Origin: Mustelus asterias
Lineage: Eukaryota
NCBI RefSeq assembly: GCF_964213995.1
Contig: NC_135830.1
Span: 13,888,001-13,952,000, forward strand
DNA length: 64,000 nt
Direction: 5' to 3'
This document shows, one piece after another, positions 1-11,095 of this stretch. A model generated the notes under the pieces. The model had not been told where the DNA came from. It was given only the letters and a program-made list of their open reading frames with translations, and ran no database searches. Position 1 is the first letter of the stretch. Each line of letters starts with the position of its first letter. A program made the translations under genes and the position numbers.

Positions 1-172
1 TTGTCTTTGTATATTTATGGCTTGTCTCTCATGTTTCCCTCTTTCTGTTTTCAATTCATTTTTCAGGGGATTAGAAGGTGAGGAATTACAGAAAATTGTA
101 AATCAAGGATCACATCAAGATCAGACAGAGAGCTTTGATCCATCAGGATCTAAACATCATCGGCCTTTGAAC

Positions 173-1378
173 ATGGAAGAAAAATGCACCGTTCACAGAG
201 AGGAGACACTGTACATGTGTTCTGTGTGTGGACAAGGCTTCAATCGATCATCTGGCCTGTCGAGACACAAGCGCAGTCACACCAGGGAGAGACCGTATAA
301 ATGTGGAGACTGTGGGAAAGGATTCAATTATCCAGTTGACCTGCAAAATCACCAACGCACTCACACTGGAGTGGACACCTTTTACCTGCCCTGTGTGTGG
401 GAAGGGATTCACTCAGACAGCTGGCCTGTTGATTCACCAGCGCATTCACAGCAGGGAGAGGCAGTTCACCTGCTCCGAATGTGGAAAAGGATTTACTCAG
501 TCATTGGCCCTGCTGATACAGCGACACATTCACACAGGGGAGAGGCCTTTCACCTGCTCCGTGTGAGTGAAGGGATTCACAGATTTCTCTGCCCTGCAGA
601 GACACCAGCGAGTTCACACCGACAAGAGTTTAAATGCCCTGAGTGTGGAAAGAATTTTAAAACTCGATGCACACTGCGGGAGCACCAGTACATTCACACC
701 GGTTCCACAGCGTTCAGCTGTTCCCACTGCCAGAAAGGGTTCAGGACATCATTCCACCTTGTGGCACATGAATGCATTCACACTGGAGAGAGGCCATTCC
801 CCTGCTCTGAATGTGGGAAGGGATTTAACCGATCATCCAACCTGCAGAAACACCAATGAGTTCACAGTGAAGAGAGACCGTTTAAATGTCCAGACTGCAG
901 GAAGAGCTATAAAAGTTCTGAGGAACTGCGTCACCATCAACGTGTTCACTCTGACGAGAGACCATTCACGTGTTCTCACTGCGGGACTGGCTTCAGGCGA
1001 TCAGGCGACCTCACTGTACACCAGCGAGTTCACACTGGGGAGAGGCCATTCACCTGCCCTGTGTGTGGGAAGAGATTCACTTGTTTATCCTCTCTCACTT
1101 CTCACCAACTTGTTCACACAAATGAGAGACCGTTCAAATGTTCTGACTGTGAGAAGAGCTTTAAAAGCAGAAAACTTCTGCTCGCACACCAGCGAAATCA
1201 CTCTGAGGAGAGACCGTTCACCTCCACTGAGTGTGGGAAAGGATTCACCCGGTCATCCACTCTGCTGAGACACCAACAAGTTCACAGTGAGGAGAAGCCG
1301 TTCACTTGTTCCTTGTGTGGAAAGAGATTCACCCAGTCATACAACCTGGTGAAACACCAGTGAGTTCACCAGTGATCA
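173..1378 (+). pseudogene. C2H2 zinc-finger pseudogene (ZNF-1), ~14 finger units
   Basis: C-x2-C...H-x3-H/TGERPF repeats are split across ORFs 17..859, 228..566 and 1061..1363. Frameshifts near 375 and 625; in-frame TGA at 564-566, 857-859 and 1361-1363. ATG at 173 lies in the shared TTGAACATGGA context. Confidence 0.9.
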
Positions 1379-2817
1379 CAGGGGTGTGATTCTGCTGTTA
1401 TTGCTGCTGTTAATCACATCCCAGACTGAACTATGTTTATTCTGATAGCTGGAGTTTATTTTTGATGTAAATCGGCCCTGTTGAACTTGGGGTGAGCCCC
1501 ACAGCATCTCACATTCATATGTCAATAAATCTTCACGCCTGCAGACCTTGTTTTAAATTTAAATCACTCAGAAACTGTATTGAACTAAAGATGAACAATA
1601 AACAGATGACAGTCCAATCCACCCCTGTGTGAATGTGCCGATGTATCAGCAGGCCGATGACTAAAGTCTGTTTTGTAACTTCAGGATGAGGATTTGAAAG
1701 GTCTGAATGTTGGTTCTCTCATCTGTAGGCTGGAGCTATTTGATAGGTGGGATGTTCATAGCTGTAAACTTGTCAGATGTTAAGGAATTACTATTGGAGT
1801 AAACTCACCCATTTATAACCTCAGACTCTGGTCCCTATTGTAATGAATAAGTAACACAGTGGAATAGCGGGGTAAATATGTGGGGCTACGGGGACAGGGC
1901 CTGGGTAAGATGCTCTGTTGGAGAGTCGGTGCAGACTCGATGGGCCCTGTACCCTTGTGCATTTACCCTGCTAACCCCCCCAACCTACACATCTTTGGAC
2001 GCTAACAGATAATTTAACATGGCCAATCCACCTAACCTGCACAATTTTGGACTGTAGGAGGAAACTGAAGCACCCGGAGGAAACTCAGACACAGGGAGAA
2101 GGTGCAAACTCCACACACAAACCCAAGGCTGGATTCAAACCCGGTGCTGTTAGACAGCAGTGTTAACCACTGTTCCACCATGCAGCCCTTCTGCTGCTGA
2201 ATCCCACATCCACACATTACTGCCAGACTGGACAATTTCAACACATTCCTGACTGGTCTCCCACATTCTGTAATTTTGAGATAATCCAAAATGTCCTCAT
2301 GTCTTGCAGACACTTCCTCCATCTCCACAACCCCCTCTTCTAATTCTGGACCTCTGTGCAGCCCCTTTGCAATTCCTGCAGCATTGCTGGCCTGCGGACT
2401 AATGTATGGTTCAATTCCCATTCCAGCTGAGGTCGGTGTCGGAGCTGTCTCCTCACCCTGCTCAAGAGTGGGTGGTAACGGCAGCCTGCTACTGACACAA
2501 ACTGCCAGGAACACAGCTCTGGATGACACATCAGCAGACATTTGGGGTTCCAAATGCTTGAAAACTGTTAACCTGTGTGAAATTGAGGTGTATTCCAGAC
2601 TAATTTAAATATAGGATGAGTGTCATTGCTTATTTAGTCACTGCTATAAACAGCGGAATTTTCACTTTGTAAACCTCAGCTTGAAGGAATAAAGTGAATA
2701 AATTGGGATATTAACTTTTACCATTATCCATCTGAAGCCAATGGACTCCTTTTTCCCTGTCCTGATGTGACACTGAATCTTCTTAGGTTTGAAGAAGAAA
2801 CTTAACCTTAGAGCACT

Positions 2818-3116
2818 GGGTGGTACAGTGACACAGTGGTTAGCACTGCTGCCTCACAGCACCAGGGATTTGGATTTGATTCCCGGCTTGGGTCACTATG
2901 TGGAGTTTGCACATTTTCCCCGTGTCTGTGGATTTCCTCCGGGTGCTCCGGTTTCCTCCCACAGTGCAAAAGATGTGCTGGTTAGGGTGCATTGGCCAAG
3001 CTGAATTCTCGCTCAGTGTACCCGAACAGGTGCCGGAGTGTGGCGACTGGGGGATTTTCACAGTAACTTCATTGCAGTGTGAATGTAAACCTTCTTGTGA
3101 CTCATAAATAAACTTT
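2818..3116 (+). mobile_element. V-SINE with alternative 3' tail (representative copy)
   Basis: Same head and V domain, but tail ...GGGGATTTTCACAGTAACTTCATTGCAGTG...AATAAACTTT. Copies near 3975-4527(-), 16664, 27310(-), 36180, 49000(-), 55725(-) and 56575. Confidence 0.85.
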
Positions 3117-3630
3117 ACTATTGGCCTCAGTACCCGAGACCTGGCAGGGTGGCAATAATGGCCTGGGGCTCCAGTGAGGTGGACTGGAGGGGCTGGAGTG
3201 GGCAAGAGGTGACACTGGGAGGAGCAGCAGCTGGGAGGCCTACAGCGACCTCTGGTGGACAGGAGGGGCGACAGCAGCAGCGCAGTCTGCGCAAAAGCTT
3301 CCCCAGTTCAGCTGATCAGAGAGACTGGGAACCTCTTCAAATGTAAACTTCAGCTTCTCACATTCACCCCCATTCATCCCTCTCTCCCTCCATCCACCTC
3401 ACTCTCCCTCCCTTCTCCATCCCTCCCTCTCACCATCCATCCCTGTCTCCCTCCTCCCATCCCTCCCTACAATAAGAACCATTCACTGAGCACAGCAGTT
3501 TCAGCCTCATTCCCACAGTCTGTATTCCAGCCTTTATCACATCCACTCTGCTCCCAGATACTTTACACCATTAGATATTACAATTCAAACTTTATAATCT
3601 CTACAATTTACTATTTGTTCAAGGAGATGA

Positions 3631-3958
3631 GGGCGGCATGGTGGCACAGTGGTTAGCACTACTGCCTCACAGCGCCACGGACCTGAGTTCAATTCCTGGC
3701 TTGGGTCACTGTCTGTGCGGAGTCTGCACATTCTCGCCGTGTCTGCGTGGGTTTCCTCCGGGTGCTCTGGTTTCCTCCCACAGTCCAAAGATGTGCTGCT
3801 TAGGTTGACTGGCCATGCAAAATTGACCCTCGTGTCAGGAGGATTAGCAGGTTAAATATGTGGAGTTACCGGGGTAGGGCCTGGGTGGGATTGTGATTGG
3901 TGCAGACTCAATGGGCTGAATGGCATTCTTCTGCACTGTAGGATTCTACGATTCTATG
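3631..3958 (+). mobile_element. HE1-type tRNA-derived V-SINE, CR1-like tail (representative copy)
   Basis: GGCACAGTGGTTAGCACT head, B box, V domain GTGGGTTTCCTCCGGGTGCTCCGGTTTCCTCCCACA, (ATTCTATG)n tail. Similar copies near 5108(-), 25279, 32500, 34555, 38750(-), 50220(-), 51229 and 61025. Confidence 0.9.
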
Positions 3959-5982
3959 AGTTCACAAAATTAAAGTTAAAAGTTAAATTTATTTATTAGT
4001 TACAAGTAAGGCTAACATTAACACTGCAATGAAGTTACTGGATGGAGCTATTACAAGGGGGCATAACTCTCGGGTTCGTGGTGGGAGATATAGGAAGGAT
4101 ATCAGAGGTAGGTTCTTTACGCAGAGAGTGGTTGGGGTGTGGAATGGACTGCCTGCAGTGATAGTGGAGTCAGACACTTTAGGAACATTTAAGCAGTTAT
4201 TGGATAGGCACATGGAGCACACCAGGATGATAGGGAGTGGGATAGCTTGATCTTGGTTTCAGATAAAGTTCGGCACAACATCGTGGGCCGAAGGGCCTGT
4301 TCTGTGCTGTACTGTTCTATGTTCGACTGTGAAATTCCCCTAGTCGCCACAGTCCGGCACCTGTTTGGGTCAATGCACTTAAATAGCGCGTCTTTCAGAC
4401 TGTGGGAGGAAACCAGAGCACCTGGAGGGAACCCATGCTGACACGGGGAGAACGTACAGACTCCACACAGACAGTGACCCAAGCCGGGAATTGAACCCGG
4501 GTCCCTAGCGCTGTGAGGCAGCAGTGCAGACAGACAGTCAAGAAATCATCAATTCCACTCCCACCCGGAGCTATGGGGATATATTTATAAATTATCTCAT
4601 TTCACAATAAAATCCACACACTGAGTTTCAGATTTGCTTCTGTTATTATTTTGGTGCCCAGCACGTGGATTAGAGTGAGACTGACATCAACCCTTCATGG
4701 TCTCCGTCTGTCTCTGTGTTTGTGAGAGTGTCTGAGATTGAGTGTGTGTGTGTGCGTGTGTCCGTGCATGCGTGTGCGTGCGTGTGTGTGTCCATAGAAG
4801 GATAGAAACTAGAAGCAGGTGTAGGCCATTCGACTCTTCGAGCCTGCTCCACCATTCATTTTGATCATGGCTGATCATCGAATTAATTATTCTGATCGCC
4901 GCTTCCTCCCATATCCCTTGGTCCCTTTAGCCCCATGAGCGATATCTAATTACTTCTTGAAATCATATATGCGTGTCTGTGAATGTATTTGTGCATCTGT
5001 GAGTTTGTCTGTATCTAGAATCATGGACGATTGACTCACCCGATGAAAGCTCGTGATACCAAATAAACCTGTTGGATTTTAACCTGGTGTTGTGAGACTT
5101 CTAACTAGAATCATAGAATCCAACAGTGCAGAAGGAGGCCATTCGGCCCATTGAGTTTGCACCGACCACAATCCTATCCAGGCCCTATCCCCTTAACGCC
5201 ATGCATCTACCCTAGCTAGTTCCCCCTGACACTAAGGGGCAATTTAGCATAGCCAATCCACATAATCCACCCAATCTTTGGACTGTGGGAGGAAACTGGA
5301 GCATCCAGAGGGAACCCACGCAGACATGGGGAGAATGTGCAAACTCAACAAATAAACTCAACAGTGACCCAAAACTTGAATCAAACCCGGGTCCCTGGTG
5401 CTGTGAGGCAGCGGTGCTAACCACTATGCCACAATGCAGTAATCCAGGGGAATGGGATTAATTGTTGGATTACACAGTGATATGTTACAGAGCAGAAATC
5501 CAGGAGAACTGGATTAATTGTTGGATTACACAGTGATATATTACAGAGTCCTAAAATCTGAAATAAAACAGTCAATGCCACAAATAGTCAACAGGCCCAG
5601 CAGCTTCTATGAAGGCAGAAACAGAGTGAAACATGCAGCCAAACATCCATATGAATGAGGAGCAGCAGTGGACCATTGGGCCCCTCTGCTGCAGCATTTG
5701 ACAAGATCCCGACTGATCTGATTGTGGCCAGAACTCCATTTTTCTGTCTCCCCCCTCTCCCCCCCGCCCCCCCCCCCCCCCGAATCCCCCCCCCCCCCCA
5801 AATCCTGACTCTCTTGTCAATCAACAATCCATTTATTCAGCCTTAAAAATATTCATTGACTCTGCCTCCACTGCTCTCTGGGGAAGAGAATTCCACAGAC
5901 CAAAGGCCCTCAGAGTGAAAAATCTCGTTCTCTCTGTCCCTAACGTCTCAAGCGCTCTCCAGAGCCACACAGAGAAAATCAG

Positions 5983-6120
5983 GATAAAAGCAAATTACTG
6001 TGAATGATGGAATCTGAAACCAAAAGAGAAAATGCTGGAAAATCCCAGCAGGTCTGGCAGCATCTGTCAGGAGAGAAAAGTGCTGACGTTTCGAGTCCAG
6101 ATGACCCTTTGTCAAAGCCT
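5983..6120 (-). mobile_element. Penelope-like terminal repeat, family B (AAAAGCAAATTACTGCGGATGCTGG...)
   Basis: The same block recurs at ~6519, 7148, 22960, 23630, 24263, 26495 and 62494, sometimes with a short inverted copy. It contains the hammerhead-like motif. Penelope assignment is inferred. Confidence 0.6.
6082..6118 (-). ncRNA. Minimal hammerhead-like motif (family B) with U3-A8 core
   Basis: Minus strand GCT-TTGACAA-A-GGGTC(ATCTG)GACTC-GAAAC-GTC-AGC; related copies at ~24362-24398 and ~62592-62629. Confidence 0.6.
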
Positions 6121-8733
6121 GACCTATGAAGAATTGAGAGAGGGAGGTGGAGAAGAACAACATGAAAGATTTGCAAATTGACAAAATGTTTCACGGCCCA
6201 AGACCAAAGCGAGTGGTAATGGGACAAGTAAAGACACAAAAGATGTTCTGGATGAGGTGTGAATAGCTGGTGAGCAATAGTCTGAATGTAAAGTAAACAA
6301 GAAGGAAATGAGGTGAAAAAAGCAACAACGAAACACAGAACACAATGGGGGCAGAGATTGTGGTGTAAAATTGTTGAGCTCAGTTTTGTTCTGAAGGCTG
6401 TAAAGTGTCTCTTTCAGTTGCGAGAAATAATATTATATTTCCCAGTTCCGATGACAGGTCACATTCAGTCTGTTTCTCTCTCCACAGAGGCTGCCTGACT
6501 TGTTGAGTATTTCCAGCCAAAAGAGAAAACGCTGGAAAATCTCAGCAGGTCTGGCAGCATCTGTAAGGAGACAAAAAGAGCTGACGTTTCGAGTCCAGGT
6601 GACCCTTTTGACGAAAGCAACAACTTGCTTTCATTCATGAGTATTTCCAGCGTTTTCCGTTTTATGTCAAGCAGAGAATGTGTAAGAATTGTCGCATCTG
6701 GAACAGATGTCTCTTACACAGGACACCCCAGCTCGGGTCTTGGGGGATTAACCGGAGAAGCTTTTTAAACTGAGGAAAGTAGCTCCATTTGGGCGCTGAC
6801 TTTAAACAACATTAACAAGCCCGGGCTGCTGGAGAAACATTTAGGGATTTGTGAGCAGTCAGTTCCGGCTGGTTTGAAGTGAAATCCTGTCGGTGCTGCG
6901 GCAAATCTGAACTCAAACCAGACAAACTGGAACCGCTGGGTTAGAGATTCCGGGTGTTGGGATGTGGAGGCTGGGGGAGGGGGAGATGGCGGGAAAACTC
7001 TGAGCCTGACTTCAGACAGGGTGAGCGGGGTACAGGGGAGGAATGACAGAGTTAATGTGGGAGTCAGGGACAATAGCAGAAGGTGGGAAGCTCTGGAAAG
7101 GAGCATTGAGGATAAAGGCCATCAAAGAATGCTTGTTTAAATGAAGATAAAAGCAAAATACTGCAGATGCTGGAATCTGAAACAGAAACAGAAAATGATG
7201 GAAATCTCAGCGTCTGTGGAGAGAATAGAGTTAATGCTTCCAGTCTGGATGATCACAGATGCTGTCAGACCTGCTGAGGTTTTCCAGCACTTTCTGTTTT
7301 TGATTAACTGAAGGTTCAGCTCAGCAGGGAAAGAAGCACCGAACTGAACACACTGAACCCAGGGAGAGGGGGTGACCGAGGATAAGGGACAGGCGCAGCT
7401 CAGTGAGGCTCTGCAACGTCCATCAACACATCCACATTCAGACCTTAGAGCGCCAAGGGGGAGGGGAAGGAGAAACTATTTGGGACACAGCAGGAGGTCA
7501 CCCCTCCCCCCACTCTGGGGTTCCACATCCCTCCCACACCTGGGCAAGGTTGGCTCAAGGTGCAGGAAGCTGCAAGCTGAGAGGCTGAGCTGTGAACTGG
7601 GCCGGGTTGGGGGTTTGAGTGACAGTCCTGGGGCTATTTCAGGACAGGAACTGCCACAGATTCCCTCTTTTTCCTGGGACGTTTCAGTGGAGCTGTGTTG
7701 GTGAGTGTTTGTAATCTCTGTCTCACTGTCTCGGTAATGGGGGTGGGTTGTAGATTGCTGTGTGTGTTAGACTAAATAACCTCTCCTCATGCTGCCAGTT
7801 CCAGTCTGCAGATTCCATTTCTCAGTCCAGTTTGCTGCTCTGTCTCTGTCTCTCTGTACTTTGCTGCAGTGCTCCACATTCTGAGCAACATCCAGCCCAT
7901 TGTTATCACCCCAAATTTGCGGCAAACTCTCTTCACTGTGGCACAGTGGTGCGCACTGCTGCCTCACAGCGCCAGGGTTCGACTCCAGCCGTGGGTGTGT
8001 GACTGGCTGTGTGGAGTTTGCACAGTCAGGGTCCAGAATATATTGTTGCGGTTGCAGGCAGGATGAAGAAAAAGGTCAGGATGGGGATTAGCAGAGTAAG
8101 TGCGTGGGGTTACTGGGATAGGAGGTGAGCCTGGGAAAGATGCTCTCAGAGTCAGCAGAGACTCGATGGGTAAAATGGCCTCTTTCTGCACTGGAAGGAT
8201 TCTATGATTAGTGAATTACGGTGAACAACTTTTGAATGGAGGGATTTCTGAGGCGCAGAGCATTGTGGGAAATGTGACCGCCATTAGTCAATGCCTGACT
8301 CTAGATGTTTCATTATAGACTGAGGGCAAGTCAGCAAACTGAGCCCTCAATTCTGTTTGTGACTCTGACAGGTTGCCTGGCCTGTTGAATATCTCGAGGA
8401 TTTGTTCTTTTTGTCCCAGATACAGTCTCTACAGAGTTTCCTGTGTTATTGTTTTATAGCTTCGAATTTGGAAACACAGTTAGGAGCTGGTTTGAATCAG
8501 GCTGCGTGTTGGATGCAGAACTCAGTTCCTGGCCTCCTGCGTGTTTTTTTTTACTGTTGCTTCGGTCTGGACTCTGTTCATCATCTGTCTCTATAGGTTC
8601 TCTCTCAATCCCCTTTTTTCTGTTTTAAATCAGTTTCACAGGGACTAGAAGGGGACGATTTGCAGTCAGGAAACTGAAAGTAAATATCATATCAGGAACT
8701 GCCATCATAACTGAATATCAGTGGATTTTGAAC

Positions 8734-9687
8734 ATGGAAGGAAAAAGCACCGTTCACAGTGGAGAGAAACCGTACACGGGTTCTGTGTGTGGACGAGGCT
8801 TCAGCCGATCCTCTGGTCTGGCAAAACATAAGTGCAGCCACTCCATGGAAAAACTGTGGAAATGTGTGGACTGTGGGAAGGAATTTAATTACCCATCCCA
8901 GCTGGAAACTCATCGGCGCAGTCACACTGGGGAGAGACCGTTCACCTGCTCTGAGTGTGGGAAGAGATTCACTCAGTCATCCAACCTACTTACTCATCAG
9001 CGAGTTCACACTGATGAGAGACCTTTTAAATGCTCAGACTGTGGGAAGTGCTTCAAAAGTTCTTGGGAACTGATGTCCCATCAACGTGTTCACACTGATG
9101 AGAGACCTTTTAAATGCTCAGACTGTGGGAAGTGCTTCAAAAGTTCTTGGGGACTGATGTCCCATCAACGTGTTCACACTGATGAGAGACCGTTCAGGTG
9201 CTCTCACTGTGGAATTGGGTTCCAGCATTCACATAACCTTACTGTACACCAGCGAATTCACACTGGGGAGAGGCCATTCACCTGCTCCGAGTGTGGAAAA
9301 GGATTCACTCGGTCATCCCAACTATTGATACACCAGCGTATTCACAATGGGGAGAGACCTTTTAAATGCTCTGACTGTGTGAAGTGCTATAAAAGTTCTG
9401 GTGAACTGATGTCCCATCAACGTGTTCACACTGATGAGAGACCGTTCAGGTGCTCTCACTGTGGGACTGGGTTCAGGCGATCATATGATCTCATTCTACA
9501 CCAGCGCACCCACACTGGGGAAAGGCCATTCACCTGCTCTGAATATGGGAAGGGATTCATTCAGTCCTCCAGTCTGCTGAGACACAAGCGAGCTCATGCT
9601 GGGGAGAGACCATTCAGCTGCTCTGAGAGTGGGAAGAGATTCACTCAGTCATCCTACCTGCTTAGACACCAAAGAATTCACCAGTAA
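8734..9687 (+). CDS. KRAB-less C2H2 zinc-finger protein (ZNF-2), 8 canonical + 3 degenerate fingers
   Basis: Open [16 protein letters not shown]...; TGERPF/TDERPF linkers. The first finger (YTGSVC) and last two (CSEYG, CSESG) lack a Cys. Upstream acceptor TTTCACAG at ~8641; AATAAA near 9799. Confidence 0.88.
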   Translation: MEGKSTVHSGEKPYTGSVCGRGFSRSSGLAKHKCSHSMEKLWKCVDCGKEFNYPSQLETHRRSHTGERPFTCSECGKRFTQSSNLLTHQRVHTDERPFKCSDCGKCFKSSWELMSHQRVHTDERPFKCSDCGKCFKSSWGLMSHQRVHTDERPFRCSHCGIGFQHSHNLTVHQRIHTGERPFTCSECGKGFTRSSQLLIHQRIHNGERPFKCSDCVKCYKSSGELMSHQRVHTDERPFRCSHCGTGFRRSYDLILHQRTHTGERPFTCSEYGKGFIQSSSLLRHKRAHAGERPFSCSESGKRFTQSSYLLRHQRIHQ

Positions 9688-11095
9688 CCACAGTGATTGG
9701 AATCTGCTGTTAATCCTATCCAGGACTGTAATATGTTCATTGCGTTTGTTTTTGTTGATGTTAATGAACTCCAGCCAGTTATACGGTTTAATATTCTGAA
9801 TAAAAGTCAAATAAATTATCTTTGTGTTCAGTACTGTGAATCTTTTTAATATCATCAGCACAACTGAATTCCTTCTGAGTTGCTCTCCCTTTGTCCCTCT
9901 CCCATCTTTACCTCCCCCGCAAGTGCTCATTGGGAATAAAACTCACAATCTTTTTTGTCACTAAGTTTGAGACAATCCAATCAGCTGCCTCTACTGCTTC
10001 CCTCCTTCCCCTAACCCACTGGAACAAACCTCCTCTAACGCTCCCCTTTGTCTGAGCTCTGAACTCTCATCTTTCTGCAGTTTCTCTCCTACCTCCCCTC
10101 ATGTCCTCTTAGCGCTCATCTTGCCCATGAGACCCATCTCTTGATCCCTCAATCCTTTTCCCACTGTACTACTGACAGCACAACTTCTCCATATCAGCTG
10201 ATATTGTCAATATCTTCCTCTCCTTCAAATCCGATATCATCACCCACTTCTCAATAAAATATCTTTGACCCATGCCCTTGTGAACTACCATCCCATCTCC
10301 CTTTCCTCTCTAAAGTCCTTGAATGTTTTACCTTCCACATATTGTAACTTGTTTTCCCTTTCTCACTGACTGTAGTAAAGTTTAATTTGTTTGTGCAGAA
10401 TCTGTGGAATCTTTTGCCTTTATTCACTTGTTAAGTGTTTGAATCTCCACCTTTGTCAATTTTATACAAACTCACCCAAATCTAAAAACTATTTTGTGGG
10501 AATTGGGGGAATAGAACAGAAGATGGGTTTCTGCTGCTAAGTTACAATCTCAGCTGATGTTACTTCTGGGCAGGAAGGTCCCAGAATAAAACCCTGGCTC
10601 AATTGACCGTAACTTTCCCCACGATCCCCACCTTCTTGGTGCGTTTGGCCATCTTCCCGGATGGAGCAGAGAGGGCGGACATGAAAATACTGACAATAAC
10701 ACAAGATTCCTTCATTCCACACAATCACAGTGGCGAAGTGAGGTAAATGGCCTCTGCCTGGGAGATCACTGAATCCTCAGGCTACTGAAGGGTCATTTTC
10801 AAACATAGAAACGTTGGAGGATTGTGCTGCTGGATTTTTCTTGTTCCTATTTTTTTCATATTAACGCAGACGAATCTATTTAGAGAATTGAAACTTGCCT
10901 CAGAAATAGCAACAGGCGAACTCGAAGACAAACACATTCACAGAAATGCACTCTCAGACAGACACAGGCAAACTCGCACACACAGACATGCAGACAAAAA
11001 AACACTCTGACTTCACAAATACACACACACTCACAACACAGAGACAGGCTGAGACCAATTTCAGTCCAAATAATCTGCTGGGCACTAAAATAATG

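Larger units (their letters stand above)
5553..9875 (+). repeat. Segmental duplication arm A (inverted copy at ~18225-24912)
   Basis: Colinear reverse-complement homology, e.g. ORF 6765..7106(-) matches 23091..23432(+), 7403..7588(+) matches 22601..22786(-), and ZNF-2 matches ZNF-4. Confidence 0.92.

Noticed and set aside
567-1268. Long alternative-frame ORFs over ZNF exons (VGRDSL... peptides, also antisense)
   Set aside because: Shadow frames of repetitive finger codons.
3631-3710. tRNA genes at GGCACAGTGGTTAGCACT...GGTTCRATTCC
   Set aside because: These are SINE heads continuing into V domains and tails. The CACAGTG they contain has no properly spaced nonamer, so it is not an RSS either.
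5437-5548. ~55-bp tandem duplication (and a ~66-bp one at 27158-27285)
   Set aside because: Two-copy local slippage duplications with no evident function.
6765-7106. 113-aa ORF conserved at 23091..23432 as a novel gene
   Set aside because: The similarity is explained by the segmental duplication; non-ATG start and no domain features.
10635-10655. TGGTGCGTTTGGCC as a tRNA-Gly primer-binding site
   Set aside because: Imperfect match, not adjacent to a CA-ending LTR, and no gag-like sequence follows.
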